Source: Clostridia bacterium
GTDB lineage: Bacteria; Bacillota; Clostridia; Christensenellales; UBA1242
NCBI GenBank assembly: GCA_017650795.1
Contig: JAGCEE010000275.1
Coordinates: 1 to 60,302 of the forward strand
Length of the DNA stretch: 60,302 nucleotides
Direction: 5' to 3'
In this document: piece after piece, positions 37,178-46,626 of the stretch
How positions within the stretch are numbered: the first letter of the stretch is position 1
Layout: each line of letters opens with the position of its first letter
Position numbers and translations under genes: made by a program
The notes under the pieces: generated by a model
The model's input: only the letters and a program-made list of their open reading frames with translations
What the model was told of the DNA's origin: nothing
Databases searched by the model: none

Positions 37178-40100
37178 ATGCAAAAATTAAAGGTTTTGGT
37201 TGGAAATAATACATATGGTTTGGTTAGGCGCGCCATAGATTTTATGGGCGAGCATGTATCCGACTTAAACACAGAAAATATTGTAATTGTTCCAGATAGG
37301 CTTAGTTTAATTACGGAAAACCTTATTTTTGACGAACTAAATATTGATGTTTATTTTAATGTTAGCGTAATGGGTATTTCAAAGTTTTCAAAACTTATTA
37401 TAAACGATGCAGGCTTAGAAAACTTAGAATGTTCTAATTTGTCTTCAAAGCTTCTTGTACTTAAAGCAATACAAAATGTTTGCAACAACTTTAAATGCTT
37501 TTCTAAAAATTATACACTCGGCTTTGTTGATGAAATATATGCAAAAATAGAACAAATTAAATCTAGTGGGGCAAAAATAGAAGAATTATCTGACCCAAAC
37601 GCTAGCGATGGAACAAAATTAAAATTTGAAGACATTTCAAGTATATATAATGAATACGAAAGATTACGGGCAGGACTACTTGATAGTGGAGCAATAATAG
37701 ATTTATTTAATTCAATATCATCTTCGTCAGATTATTTAAAAAAATGTAATGTGTTTTTTGTTGGTTTTGACTCAATGACACATCAAGGAATTAGCATTGT
37801 TAAAAACGTGTGCAAAAATGCTCATAGTTGTTTTGTTTGTGTTGTTGAACCAAACGGGCAACAAAATGAAAGAATTTACGACAGAAGTTTTTTTAGTTCC
37901 ATTTTGGCACTAAAAGATGATGGAATAGACCTTGATATAAAATATATAAATGAGCCTCTAAAAAATGTTGATGCAGATTTTGCTTTAAACAATATTTTTT
38001 CAAGAGATAATCAAGCCCAAAGTCATGGATACTTTCAAATAAACAAAGCACTTGGTTTTATGGACGAAATAGACTGTTGCATTAAAAGTATTAACTACAA
38101 TTTAAAAACAAAAGATATAACATTTAAAGACATTGCTATCTGCGCACCAAAAGAATATCATGAAGCACTAAAAAGCAAACTTTCTATGATTGGGGTTGAT
38201 GCTTTTTTAGATGAAAAAGTGCCACTTTTAAATTTTGAGCCAATAAAACTAATTTTGGCATACTTAAATTATGAACTAAGTTCGGTTGGCGAAAACTACT
38301 TAAAAGTAATATTAAATGATATGTGCGAGCAAGATGAAAACACAAAACATAATTTGGTTAATCTTATTGCTCAATACAAATCAATAGATACAATTTTAAA
38401 GTACGAACAAAACATAGATGAAAAACTAAAAGATGAGTTAAAAAATTTTGAATTTTTAAAAATAGAAAAAGATAAAAAAGAAATATCATATTTTATAGAA
38501 AATACAAAAAAAATAATAGAAAAATATAATTTAATTAAAAAAATAGATGATTTTTGTGAAAAAATGCAAAAATTAAATAATATTTCACTAGAAAAACAAT
38601 ACAGGCAAATTGCACAGAAACTGCAAGATATTTTAGACGAAATAAATACCGTATTAAATAACTTACCAATTTCGCTTGATGAATATATTGAACTTTTAAC
38701 AAAGGCATTTTCTGAATGTGAAATTATCGGAGTGCCTAGTGGAGTAAATCAAATACAAGTTTCGGATTACAAAAGCTTTTTTAATAATGTTAAATATATG
38801 TATGTGCTTGGTTTAAATGAAGGAATGTGCCCAGATGTTTTAATGGACAATGGTCTTATTTCCGACACCGAAATATTAAGCAAATCAATAGTAGCAAAAC
38901 TAGAACCAACCACAAAAATTATTAACAAAAGAAACAGATTTAAACTTTTAGAGGTGATACTATGTGCAGCCGAAAAGTGCTATTTATACTATCATGGTTT
39001 TGGTGCCGATGGAAAAAATGCACTTCCAAACGACTTTATTACCGAACTTGAATATTTGTTTAACCTAGACGAAATATCCACCCTTTCGCTTACTTCGTTT
39101 ACCGAAAAAATTGATGTAAATAAAATAATGTACAATGCAGTAAACATTTATAATGCAAACCTACTTGCAAACCAAAATAATAAGCAAGCACAAAATGAGT
39201 ATTTAAAAAAAGTGCTTGTAGATAACAATAAAAAGTTTGTATACGAGCCAAAGTTAAATGTTGCTTGTGATTTTAACGAGTTGTTTTTTGGTTCTAAAAA
39301 GGCAAATGTTTCACTAATAGAGAGTTATAACAAATGCCCAAAGATTGCTTTTTTAGATAAAGGTCTTAAACTAAAAAAACAAAAAGGCGCCCAAATAGAA
39401 CCTAATATTTTTGGAAGTTTTATTCATGAAGTTGGTGAACTATTTGTAAAACAAAATATAACAAACCTTGGCAATATATCGGCTTTGGAAGTTAAAAAAA
39501 ATGTTGTGAACATTGTAAACATTATTAAACAAAAGCCAGAGTTTTACTCTATAACCCTAGAAGATAATAAGTTTTTGTTTGATATGTTATTAAATGAATG
39601 TATAAGATTTTGTAGTTTTTTAAACTACGAGCAAAGCAAAAGTAAGTTTAAACCAAAATACACCGAAAAATACTTTGGCTCTTATGACGGATTTAAACCA
39701 ATAGAAATTGAAGTCGATGGTGAAAAATATCTTGTTTCGGGAATTGTTGATAGAATTGACGTGTGTGAGGATAAGTTTAGAATTATAGATTACAAAACCG
39801 GTAGCACAAATAATGATAATTCTAGCGGTAAAGAACAGTTGTTTTATGGAAATAAAATCCAGTTGTTTATTTATGCCAAAGCAATAAAAGATAATTTAAA
39901 CAAAACGCTGTTTGGTGCTTTTTACTTGCCTATTTCTAACAAGCATCAAAAAAAAGGCGAGCTTAGTTATCATTTAAGTGGTTTTTTTGAAGATAACTTA
40001 GTTGATGTTTTTAATTGCGACCTAGACTTAAATATAGAAAATAAAAAATCTAACATTTTAAATATAGAATTAAAAAAGCCAGATAGATCTGGCACAGTAG

Positions 40101-40360
40101 AGTTAAAGAAAAAAGATAATATTTTATCACATAACGAATTAGAGGCATATTTGGATTATGCTTTAAAGATTATGGCAATAAGCATTAAAAATTTAAAAAA
40201 TGGAATGGTTAATCCATCGCCAATAAAAGATGCTTGTGGTGGCTGTATGTTTAGTGATATTTGTGAAAAGACTGGAAATGAACAGATTATCCGTGATAAA
40301 AAATATGATATTAAAACCTTAAATATATCGGAGATAGTAAATGTCAAAAAATCTGACTAA
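37178..40360 (+). CDS. addB: Helicase-nuclease AddAB, subunit B (AddB/RexB-type)
   Basis: 1060 aa. C-terminal RecB-type nuclease motif (GIVDRIDV...FRIIDYKTG) flanked by Cys residues (CPKIAF...; CGGCMFSDIC) typical of the AddB Fe-S cluster. Overlaps addA by 20 nt. Confidence 0.8.
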   Translation: MQKLKVLVGNNTYGLVRRAIDFMGEHVSDLNTENIVIVPDRLSLITENLIFDELNIDVYFNVSVMGISKFSKLIINDAGLENLECSNLSSKLLVLKAIQNVCNNFKCFSKNYTLGFVDEIYAKIEQIKSSGAKIEELSDPNASDGTKLKFEDISSIYNEYERLRAGLLDSGAIIDLFNSISSSSDYLKKCNVFFVGFDSMTHQGISIVKNVCKNAHSCFVCVVEPNGQQNERIYDRSFFSSILALKDDGIDLDIKYINEPLKNVDADFALNNIFSRDNQAQSHGYFQINKALGFMDEIDCCIKSINYNLKTKDITFKDIAICAPKEYHEALKSKLSMIGVDAFLDEKVPLLNFEPIKLILAYLNYELSSVGENYLKVILNDMCEQDENTKHNLVNLIAQYKSIDTILKYEQNIDEKLKDELKNFEFLKIEKDKKEISYFIENTKKIIEKYNLIKKIDDFCEKMQKLNNISLEKQYRQIAQKLQDILDEINTVLNNLPISLDEYIELLTKAFSECEIIGVPSGVNQIQVSDYKSFFNNVKYMYVLGLNEGMCPDVLMDNGLISDTEILSKSIVAKLEPTTKIINKRNRFKLLEVILCAAEKCYLYYHGFGADGKNALPNDFITELEYLFNLDEISTLSLTSFTEKIDVNKIMYNAVNIYNANLLANQNNKQAQNEYLKKVLVDNNKKFVYEPKLNVACDFNELFFGSKKANVSLIESYNKCPKIAFLDKGLKLKKQKGAQIEPNIFGSFIHEVGELFVKQNITNLGNISALEVKKNVVNIVNIIKQKPEFYSITLEDNKFLFDMLLNECIRFCSFLNYEQSKSKFKPKYTEKYFGSYDGFKPIEIEVDGEKYLVSGIVDRIDVCEDKFRIIDYKTGSTNNDNSSGKEQLFYGNKIQLFIYAKAIKDNLNKTLFGAFYLPISNKHQKKGELSYHLSGFFEDNLVDVFNCDLDLNIENKKSNILNIELKKPDRSGTVELKKKDNILSHNELEAYLDYALKIMAISIKNLKNGMVNPSPIKDACGGCMFSDICEKTGNEQIIRDKKYDIKTLNISEIVNVKKSD

Positions 40361-43300
40361 TGGTAAAAAAGACAAGGAAATAAAAATAAAGGAACAAGAC
40401 GACATAATGGCTTGCAATAAAAGCCTTATTGTTTCTGCGTCTGCCGGAAGTGGTAAAACAACAATCATGATTAAAAAAATCTTTGAGTATCTTAAAAGTG
40501 GCGATTGCAATGCCGAACAACTTCTTGTTTTAACCTACACTAATTTGGCAGCCGCAGAAATGAAAAAGAAGTTAATAAACAAATTAAAAGAAAACCTACA
40601 AGAGAACCCTTCTTTAATAGAGCAAATAGAACAAATACCAACTTCCGATATTTCCACTTTTGATAGTTTTTGCCAAAGGCTTGTTAAAAAATATTTTTAT
40701 GTTATTGGCATAGACCCATCATTTAATATTTTATCCGGCGAAAAAGAAGAACTGTTTAAAAATATTGCAATAGATAATGCCATTGCTTTAACTAAAAAAG
40801 AAAATCCAAAAGATTACGAAGTTTTAACAAACAATCTAACCGGAAACCGCAAAGAGGAGAATATAAAAAATGTTATTTTTAAAATTCATTCTTACATTAT
40901 ATCTTTAATTAATATTGACGAGTTTTTTAAAAAAACAGAAAAATTATATAAAAAAGAAGAAAAAATTGCAGAAAATTATTTAAAATCTTACTATAACGAC
41001 ATTTTTATTCAAATTAAGAATCAATTATTAGATTTAATTGAAGATGCAAAAAACTTAGATTTTTTGTCTTATGTTGAGTACATAAATAATTTATTATCAA
41101 TCGCAGAAAACTCAATTTTATCAGATGGCTTAACAAAAATGATTTCTCTTTACGATGGAATTAACTATGGAAGATTGGATAAAGACGACAAAGATATAAA
41201 CCTTTTTTGGAAAAAAATAGAATCAGTAAAAACAAAACTAAAAAAGACAATAGATGATATTAAAAAACTTGGAAATGCCGATGAAATATCTAACACATAT
41301 TTAGAATGTGAATCTCTTTGCCATGCAATTATTGTTTTAGAAAAAACTTTTATAAAGCAATATGAAATTTTAAAAAAGTCAAAAAACTATTACGACTTTA
41401 ATGACATAGAAAGAATGACCATTAAACTTTTAGAAGACAAAAAAATAAACGAGCAAATTAAAAATTCTTATAAACATATTTTTGTTGATGAGTTCCAAGA
41501 TGCCAATGCTATTCAAGAAAAAATCATATTTTTGTTGGATAATAATAATTTGTTTTTTGTGGGTGATACAAAACAATCAATCTATGCATTCAGACAATCT
41601 GACCCAGATATATTTTTAAATATACAAGAAAACTTTAAAACAAGACAAGATGCCGAATCGCTTCCACTTAACTGTAATTTTAGAACAAACAAAAATATCT
41701 TATATTTTGCAAACAGAATATTTAGTGTTTTAATGACAAAAAACACTTCGGGTGTAGATTATAAAAAAGATGCACAATTTGACCCAAAAGCCACTTTTGA
41801 AGATTTGAATAACGAGGTGTGCGTTTCACTTAATTTATTAAATGTAAAAAAGAAAGATGAACCAATTATTGCTACCGAAGTTTATGATTTAACCAAAAAT
41901 CAAAATTCAGATTCAAATAACTTAAACACTAAAAATCAATGCATATTTATTTGTGACCAAATCACTCACCTTCTTGGGCAAGACATATATGATAATGCCG
42001 AGGAAAAAATAAGAAAAATAAATTTAAGTGACATAACAATACTTTTATTAAAAAGTGGACATTTTGTTGATGAGTTAATAAATACATTTGATGAGTATGG
42101 TATAAGTTATAATGCCGATATGGGCGAAAATATTGATAACGAGTATGATAACAGAGTTTTGTTTGGAGCATTAAAGCTTTCTTTAAATATTAAAGATGAC
42201 TACACTTTATACAAAGTATTACATTCTAAACTATTTGACTTTACCGACACGGAACTTGGAAATATTAAACTTTGTAGCAACAAAGAATATTTTTACGAAG
42301 CCCTAGAAGACTACAAATCAAAACAAGATGAGCTTTCCAAAAAAATTGAAAACTTTTATAAAGTAATAGACGATTTACATTTTAATTGCAAATATAATGG
42401 TATATATTTTGCTTTAAACAAACTCTTAGAAAATACAAATTATCTTTTAAAAATTGATGAAAATTACACCGACCGCAAAAACAAAATATACCAATATATT
42501 TATAGTTTTATGAATAGCCAATACAATAACGATTTAATTGAGTATATTACGTATAAAAACATTTCAAAAAAACAAGACAAAATAAAAATAGATAATGGCA
42601 GTAATAATTCAATCAAAATATGCACAATGCATTCATCAAAGGGGTTAGAGTATCCTATTGTTATACTTCCAAACCTAGATAGTGACTATACAAAAAATAT
42701 GGAAGAAAGAGAAATAAAAATAAACAAGCAACTAGGTATTGGAGTAAAGGCATACAATAACAAAGATAGAACTATTACAAATGGTATATTTTACGAAGCA
42801 TGTAATATAAATAACAAAAACATAGAACAAAGTGAAAAAATAAGACTGCTTTATGTTGCAATAACAAGGGCAAAAAATAAACTTATTCTAATTGGAAACA
42901 ATCAAGAAAACTACAAAAAATTTGAGTCAGATTATGAAATAATGTCACAAAACAATTTTTTAAGTATGATTGTAAACTCATTAGATAAAAGCATAATAGA
43001 TAAAATAAACAATAATGAGTTTGGAAACTATAATTTATTTAATAACCCAAGATTAAAACTAAACATTATTGATAAAATTGTTATCACAAGTTCAAAAACA
43101 GATGAGAGTAAAATTTATAATATAGATAATCAAAACTTAATCATAGATTTTTTAAGTAAAGATTTATCAAAAAATAAAATAGAACTAGCATTAAAAAACT
43201 CAGTATCCGGATTTGCATTTGATAATTCAAGCATAAATTTAGCACCTAAAAATCTTACAATTTATGAACATTTGCTTGAAACCTCATCACAACTTGGAAC

Positions 43301-43769
43301 CCTATATCATAAAGTTTTGGAAGATGTTAATTTTAATGACATAAACTCGGTTAATGATGTTTCATTGTTTTTGGATTGTAATTTAAGTGATGAAGAAAAA
43401 GAACTATTTAAAGATATATCAATAGATAATGTTTATAAAAATATAAGTATATTAAAAGACGAGTGTAAAACTTCCAAGAATATTTTAAAAGAACAAAAAT
43501 TTGTTATGAAAGTAAAACATAGCGATTTGGTAGACGGCGGTTATGATGATAAAATATTGGTGCAAGGCATTATAGATTTGGTGGCTGTGTTTAATGACAA
43601 AATTGTGCTAATAGATTATAAACTAACCCATAAACCAAACGATGCTATAATTTCAAAGTATAAAAAACAGTTATCAATATACAAACTTGCACTTTCTAAA
43701 AATTTTAAAAACATTCCAATTTATTGTAAAATATTAAACCTTTACAAAAATGAACTGATAGATATTTAA
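40341..43769 (+). CDS. addA: Helicase-nuclease AddAB, subunit A (UvrD-like helicase plus RecB nuclease)
   Basis: Walker A SASAGSGKTT, DEFQDANAIQ, FFVGDTKQSIYAFR, MHSSKGLEYP and LLYVAITRAKN motifs. C-terminal nuclease segment GIIDLV...LIDYKL. Confidence 0.85.
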   Translation: MSKNLTNGKKDKEIKIKEQDDIMACNKSLIVSASAGSGKTTIMIKKIFEYLKSGDCNAEQLLVLTYTNLAAAEMKKKLINKLKENLQENPSLIEQIEQIPTSDISTFDSFCQRLVKKYFYVIGIDPSFNILSGEKEELFKNIAIDNAIALTKKENPKDYEVLTNNLTGNRKEENIKNVIFKIHSYIISLINIDEFFKKTEKLYKKEEKIAENYLKSYYNDIFIQIKNQLLDLIEDAKNLDFLSYVEYINNLLSIAENSILSDGLTKMISLYDGINYGRLDKDDKDINLFWKKIESVKTKLKKTIDDIKKLGNADEISNTYLECESLCHAIIVLEKTFIKQYEILKKSKNYYDFNDIERMTIKLLEDKKINEQIKNSYKHIFVDEFQDANAIQEKIIFLLDNNNLFFVGDTKQSIYAFRQSDPDIFLNIQENFKTRQDAESLPLNCNFRTNKNILYFANRIFSVLMTKNTSGVDYKKDAQFDPKATFEDLNNEVCVSLNLLNVKKKDEPIIATEVYDLTKNQNSDSNNLNTKNQCIFICDQITHLLGQDIYDNAEEKIRKINLSDITILLLKSGHFVDELINTFDEYGISYNADMGENIDNEYDNRVLFGALKLSLNIKDDYTLYKVLHSKLFDFTDTELGNIKLCSNKEYFYEALEDYKSKQDELSKKIENFYKVIDDLHFNCKYNGIYFALNKLLENTNYLLKIDENYTDRKNKIYQYIYSFMNSQYNNDLIEYITYKNISKKQDKIKIDNGSNNSIKICTMHSSKGLEYPIVILPNLDSDYTKNMEEREIKINKQLGIGVKAYNNKDRTITNGIFYEACNINNKNIEQSEKIRLLYVAITRAKNKLILIGNNQENYKKFESDYEIMSQNNFLSMIVNSLDKSIIDKINNNEFGNYNLFNNPRLKLNIIDKIVITSSKTDESKIYNIDNQNLIIDFLSKDLSKNKIELALKNSVSGFAFDNSSINLAPKNLTIYEHLLETSSQLGTLYHKVLEDVNFNDINSVNDVSLFLDCNLSDEEKELFKDISIDNVYKNISILKDECKTSKNILKEQKFVMKVKHSDLVDGGYDDKILVQGIIDLVAVFNDKIVLIDYKLTHKPNDAIISKYKKQLSIYKLALSKNFKNIPIYCKILNLYKNELIDI

Positions 43770-43801
43770 TGTGTAAATTTATACCATATATGTATAAAAG
43801 T

Positions 43802-44015
43802 TTACCCACATTTATGTTAATTTGTGGATAAACTTTTTTTGTTAAAAAATTGTAAAGAATAATAGTTTTAAATAAATCTATATATTGTGATTTTAAAACA
43901 AAAAATACTAAATATTCTGTCAAATAAAATACTTAAATTTTTTGCAAAAAACTTGTCAAAATTTATCCACACTAAAAATATAAAAATGTTAATAACTTTG
44001 GCATAGTTATCAACA
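43802..44015. promoter_or_regulatory. DnaA-box cluster 2 (candidate oriC half or DnaA-binding region)
   Basis: Perfect TTATCCACA at 43963-43971 and, on the reverse strand, at 43823-43831. TTACCCACA at 43802-43810 faces the reverse-strand box across 12 bp. TTATCAACA at 44007-44015. All lie within a 406-nt AT-rich noncoding gap. Confidence 0.55.
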
Positions 44016-44175
44016 TTATTTTTTAGGTAAAAACAACAATATATAAATAGAATAGTTGATATTTAAACAATATATTGTGTTAATCAAAAATCAATTAACA
44101 TTTAAACATTCTTTATTATTATTAAGAACAATAAATAATAATATAATAAATATAAAGAGGGGGTTTTAAAAAATT

Positions 44176-44517
44176 TTATAATACAACTATTGTCATTCCG
44201 CTATTACAATTATTTAAATCTTCACCATCGTAATCGTTTTTAAGATTAAGTAGTAAATTAAAACACTTTGGATTGTCTAAATTCCAATCCTCGCCAAATA
44301 TATAATCTTTTATTATCTTTTGTTTTTTTAAAGAAAAAAGTCTTTCTCTAACACTTTTGCATATAATACCGCCCACACCAGAACTACCATAGCCATGTAT
44401 AAATTTTATTGCCTTAACTCCACTTATTTTTGCTACTTCTATTTCTAGTTCCATATTACAAAGTGCCACATCAACAGGTGGCATATTATCTTTTAAGTTT
44501 ATAGTTATTAAATCCAT
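44176..44517 (-). CDS. Small Smr-like domain protein (tentative)
   Basis: IKFIHGYGSSGVGGIICKSVRERL resembles the Smr HGxG core. The start was moved to the ATG at 44517 because the track's TTG start at 44553 lies inside the SRP RNA terminator T-run. No clear RBS. Confidence 0.4.
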   Translation of the reverse strand: MDLITINLKDNMPPVDVALCNMELEIEVAKISGVKAIKFIHGYGSSGVGGIICKSVRERLFSLKKQKIIKDYIFGEDWNLDNPKCFNLLLNLKNDYDGEDLNNCNSGMTIVVL

Positions 44518-44559
44518 GTTTTTTATTATAGTACCTAATGGTATTAAAGTCAAAAAAAA

Positions 44560-44829
44560 CCGTGCCGAAGAATTCGAACAAAATCGGACGATTATACTCG
44601 CAAGTCAAAATACTCCATCAAAGCTACCTTAAATCACACGGCTACTTTACTTAATGTTGCTACCGTCAGGTCCTCACATGGTTCGTAAAGTTATCGTTAA
44701 ATAAGACCTTGATTTCAACGTACCTGCCAAGAAAATATAAAAGCTTATTTACCCTCAGTTCTTCCGTCAGCCTCGCATATAGTAGATTTCGAGTTAAAAG
44801 GAACTACTACCTCCCCACCTAGCACGGTA
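44560..44829 (-). ncRNA. ffs: Signal recognition particle RNA, long (Bacillus-type, Alu-domain-containing) form
   Basis: The minus strand reads CCGTGCTAGGTGGGGAGGTAGTAG... at the 5' end, ...GAACCATGTGAGGACCTGACGGTAGCAACATTAAGT... in domain IV, and ...CTTCGGCACGG at the 3' end pairing with the 5' end. This is colinear with B. subtilis scRNA as I recall it, at about 270 nt. It has its own promoter and terminator. Confidence 0.85.
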
Positions 44830-44834
44830 GTATG

Positions 44835-44863
44835 ATTATAAATTAAAGTAGGCAAAAAATCAA
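44835..44863 (-). promoter_or_regulatory. Sigma-A promoter of the SRP RNA gene
   Basis: On the minus strand: TTGATT (44863-44858), a 17-nt spacer, then TATAAT (44840-44835). The predicted transcription start falls on the RNA 5' end near 44829. Confidence 0.65.
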
Positions 44864-44917
44864 GAGAAAAAAATCAATTTATTTTGTTTATTTAGTTTTA
44901 TTTGGTATGATTATATC

Positions 44918-45640
44918 ATGCAAAGATTAGATGTTTTTTTATATGAAAATGGGTATTTTGAAACAAGAGAAAAAGCAAAAGAAGCAATTTTAGACAGTAT
45001 TATTAGTGTAAATGGAAAGGTTATTACAAAACCATCAATAATGGTAGATGAACACTGCGATATTAAAATTGTAGGTCAAACATTAAAATATGTTTCTAGG
45101 GCAGGCTTAAAGTTAGAGGGAGCAAAGGAGTATTGGAACATAGATTTTAATAACAAAATTGTTTTAGATGTTGGCGCTTCTACCGGTGGCTTTACCGATT
45201 TTGCTTTGCAAAATGGTGCAAAAAAAGTTTTTGCAGTTGATGTTGGCTCAAATCAATTACACAAAAAACTACTATTAGATTATAGAGTTATAAATTTAGA
45301 AAAAACAGATTTTAGAAACTTGCAACTAAATGAAAACATAGATATTGCAGTTTGTGATTGCTCGTTTATTTCACTTAAATTGTTATTGCCAAAATTTAAT
45401 GAATTATTAAAGACAAATAATCAACTTGTTGTGTTAATTAAACCACAATTTGAATGTGGAAAAGAAATTGCTTTTAAGTATAAAGGAGTTATAAAAGATA
45501 GTAAACTTCAAGACAGTATAAAGTTTGATATTGTTAAAGAATTTGAAAAAAGTAGCTTTAAAAATATTGGTATAATAAATTCACCAATCTTAGGTACAAA
45601 AGGAAATAAAGAGTTCTTGGCTTATTTTATTAAAATGTAA
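44918..45640 (+). CDS. tlyA: TlyA-family rRNA 2'-O-methyltransferase (S4 + FtsJ domains)
   Basis: RLDVFLYENGYFETREKAKEAI (S4 domain). VLDVGASTGGFTDFALQNGAKKVFAVDVG (SAM-binding motif). Confidence 0.85.
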   Translation: MQRLDVFLYENGYFETREKAKEAILDSIISVNGKVITKPSIMVDEHCDIKIVGQTLKYVSRAGLKLEGAKEYWNIDFNNKIVLDVGASTGGFTDFALQNGAKKVFAVDVGSNQLHKKLLLDYRVINLEKTDFRNLQLNENIDIAVCDCSFISLKLLLPKFNELLKTNNQLVVLIKPQFECGKEIAFKYKGVIKDSKLQDSIKFDIVKEFEKSSFKNIGIINSPILGTKGNKEFLAYFIKM

Positions 45641-45750
45641 TTATAAACACGACCTGTAATATATTTCAAATGTAAATAAGTTATTTAATAAACAATAAAA
45701 AACACTCTAACAATTATGTTAAAGTGTTTTTTGTTTTAAGGTTTTAAAGA

Positions 45751-46458
45751 TTACTTTTCTGCACCTTTTTCTGCCTTGGCCTTGCATTTTGCATCAACAA
45801 AAGTTTTCCATTCACGAGAAAGTTTAGTTAATACTTTTGATTCATTTTTTCTTGGAACATGAATGCAAATAACATCAGGTGTAATACCACATTGATATGT
45901 GCAGTAAGAATCTATGTAGCCACTTAATTCATCAAGTTTCTTTTCGTGAGATTTTTTAAATAAATTATTTATGATTGAATTTGGTTTAACTTGATTAATT
46001 GTTTTGTTAATATTTCTTTGAGAGTAGCAAAATTCTCTTAAGAATTCTTTTGCTGCTGCTATGCACTCATCTTTTTTAAAACCACCTACATAATTAAAGT
46101 TTTCTTCATTAAGATATAGGCCAGCAGTTTGATGTTCGTTTGCTCCTAAAATTTCTTTTCCAAAATAACCAGCATGTGCATCTTTTCTTGCTTGAAGTGC
46201 AGTATCAACTCCTGCAATAAAATCGATGCCTAATTTAATTTCTTTAATTCTTTTTTCGTCTCTAAGATGTATTATTGGATTACCAGCAAATACATCTTCA
46301 TCTAAAATATCAAAAGAATAGTTAAATAAAGTTATACCACTATTTGTATCTTTAAGAAACGTTCTTAAATCGTTGTAAGTCACTTTTTTCTTACACTTTT
46401 CTCTTTTTTCTGTTTCTTCATTATCATAGTCAACATATCTATAAGGTCTTATTTTCAT
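45751..46458 (-). CDS. Hypothetical protein (235 aa)
   Basis: Strong RBS GGGAGGA 7 nt upstream of the ATG at 46458 (MKIRPYRYVDYD...). No recognisable motif. Confidence 0.6.
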   Translation of the reverse strand: MKIRPYRYVDYDNEETEKREKCKKKVTYNDLRTFLKDTNSGITLFNYSFDILDEDVFAGNPIIHLRDEKRIKEIKLGIDFIAGVDTALQARKDAHAGYFGKEILGANEHQTAGLYLNEENFNYVGGFKKDECIAAAKEFLREFCYSQRNINKTINQVKPNSIINNLFKKSHEKKLDELSGYIDSYCTYQCGITPDVICIHVPRKNESKVLTKLSREWKTFVDAKCKAKAEKGAEK

Positions 46459-46626
46459 TTTTTTTCCTCCCGCCCTCATACTAACATAAAAATCCCTTAT
46501 TGTCAATACTGATTTTTTAGCCTTAATATTAGGATTATAAACGCAAAAATAATATTTATACTTAGTTATTTAATAAAAAAATAACAGGAAATATTTATTT
46601 ATTTTGCCTATTATTTTTCTATTTCT

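Noticed and set aside
37046-37183. 46-codon N-terminal extension of the dnaN ORF, which would overlap the addB start.
   Set aside because: The clamp homology starts at MQVICEG (ATG at 37045), which has AAAGGAAG upstream. The extension is hydrophobic, AT-rich junk that covers the divergent promoter region.
43705-43923. 72-aa minus-strand ORF spanning the addA 3' end and DnaA-box cluster 2.
   Set aside because: It overlaps the addA coding sequence and the box cluster. It has no RBS and no recognisable motif.
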